This document shows, piece by piece, positions 4,473-5,486 of a DNA stretch of 5,486 nucleotides; position 1 is the stretch's first letter; each line of letters begins with the position of its first letter. This DNA is from Enterobacteria phage ID18: the sequence record NC_007856.1. One strand, given 5' to 3'. The notes under the pieces are model-generated. The model was not told the origin of the DNA and ran no database searches. It was given only the letters and a program-made list of their open reading frames with translations. Both the position numbers and the translations under genes were made by a program.

Positions 4473-5486
4473 ATGTTCGGTGCAATCGCTGGCGGTATCG
4501 CCTCCTCTCTCGCTGGTGGACTCCTGAACAAAGCATTCGGGGGCGGTTCTTCCGCTCCCCAATCTGGCGTTCAAGGTAATGTCCTCGCTACTGACAATAA
4601 TGTAATCGGTGCTAATGATGCTGGTATCAAATCCGCTATTCAGGGTTCTAATCCTCCCAATGGTCAACAAGCTGCTCCCAATGCTATATCGGGCGTTCTT
4701 GCCGATACTGGCAAAGACGCCCTATCTTCAATCACTGGCGCTGGCGTTAATAAACTTATGGAAAAAATCGGACTCTCTAAAGATGCTGCTGCTAAAGGTA
4801 AGGATACGAAAGATTATCTTGCTTCTGCGTTCCCCGAACTCAACCCGTGGGAACGTGCTGGCGCTGGTGCTTCTTCTGCTGGAATGGTTGATGCGGGATT
4901 CCAAAACCAAAAGGAATTAACTCGCATGCAGCTTGACAATCAAAAAGAAATCGCTAAGATGCAAAACGACACTCAAAAGGATATCGCTGGTATCCAGTCT
5001 GTTACTTCTCGGCAAAATACTAAGGACTCTGTGTATGCTCAAAACGAAATGCTCCAATACAACCAAAAAGAATCTATGTCACGCGTTGGCGCTATTCTCG
5101 AAAACACAAGCCTCACCAAACAACAACAAACTTCTGAAATTATGCGGCAAATGCTTACTCAGGCTCAAACCTCAGGTCAACACTTTACAAATGACCAAAT
5201 CCAAGAACTTACTCGAAAGGTCGGCGCTGATATTGATGCTGTTCGTGCTAACACTGAACGTACACATGTAGAAACGGACCGCTCTAAGCAGGAGGTCCAA
5301 AACTCTCGTTACGCTTCCTCACAAGTCGGTAAAACCGCCAAGGATGTATCAAATGTCATTAGTGACGCATCTTCTGGTATTGTTGATTATTTTCGTGGCG
5401 TTGATAAAGCTGTCGCGGATACTTGGAACAATTATTTCAAAGATGGCAAATCGGATGGGATAAGCTCAAACCATCGTACCAAATAA
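4473..5486 (+). CDS. H: Minor spike / DNA pilot protein H (337 aa)
   Basis: AAGG at 4461-4464, 8 nt before the ATG. The product is collinear with phiX174 H ([132 protein letters not shown]). Stop TAA is the last three bases of the window. Confidence 0.93.
   Translation: MFGAIAGGIASSLAGGLLNKAFGGGSSAPQSGVQGNVLATDNNVIGANDAGIKSAIQGSNPPNGQQAAPNAISGVLADTGKDALSSITGAGVNKLMEKIGLSKDAAAKGKDTKDYLASAFPELNPWERAGAGASSAGMVDAGFQNQKELTRMQLDNQKEIAKMQNDTQKDIAGIQSVTSRQNTKDSVYAQNEMLQYNQKESMSRVGAILENTSLTKQQQTSEIMRQMLTQAQTSGQHFTNDQIQELTRKVGADIDAVRANTERTHVETDRSKQEVQNSRYASSQVGKTAKDVSNVISDASSGIVDYFRGVDKAVADTWNNYFKDGKSDGISSNHRTK

Noticed and set aside
4455-4670. Minus-strand ORF (71 aa) antisense to the G/H junction
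   Set aside because: Antisense to G and H in a genome where only one strand is known to be coding; no support.
4728-4910. Minus-strand ORF (60 aa) antisense to H
   Set aside because: Antisense to H; no support.
4609-4920. Plus-strand ORF (103 aa) nested out of frame within H
   Set aside because: Off-frame ORF within H with a Leu-rich product; no known counterpart.
4933-5271. Plus-strand ORF (112 aa) nested out of frame within H
   Set aside because: Off-frame ORF within H with a Lys/Leu-rich product; no known counterpart.
1-5486. Possibility of a novel defence system, CRISPR array, tRNA or mobile element
   Set aside because: No direct-repeat/spacer arrays, no tRNA-like cloverleaf candidates, and no terminal inverted repeats or transposase/integrase-like ORFs were found. 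The entire window is accounted for by the eleven canonical microvirus genes and their short intergenic regions, so a claim of a novel system would be unsupported.

Overview
This window is a compact, essentially complete genome of a phiX174/G4-like microvirus (family Microviridae, ssDNA coliphage type), not a novel system. All eleven canonical genes are on the + strand in the order A(A*)-B-K-C-D-E-J-F-G-H, with B nested in A, K overlapping A and C, and E nested in D. Identification rests on reading-frame structure plus protein similarity recalled from memory to phiX174/G4 proteins; no database search was run. The 30-nt viral-strand replication origin lies inside gene A at 506-535, and the HUH and catalytic tyrosine motifs of the rolling-circle initiator are present. 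The 26-aa J protein and the longer A protein point to the G4-like rather than phiX174-like lineage. The window starts 58 nt before the likely A start and ends on the H stop codon, so it is probably the whole circular genome (5486 nt) linearised in the H-A intergenic region. The ORF track misses K and J (too short) and over-extends C, E and G from non-ATG starts; every minus-strand and nested out-of-frame ORF is judged spurious. Worth a second look: the choice of A start codon, hairpins in the H-A, J-F and F-G intergenic regions, and candidate promoters pA, pB and pD.
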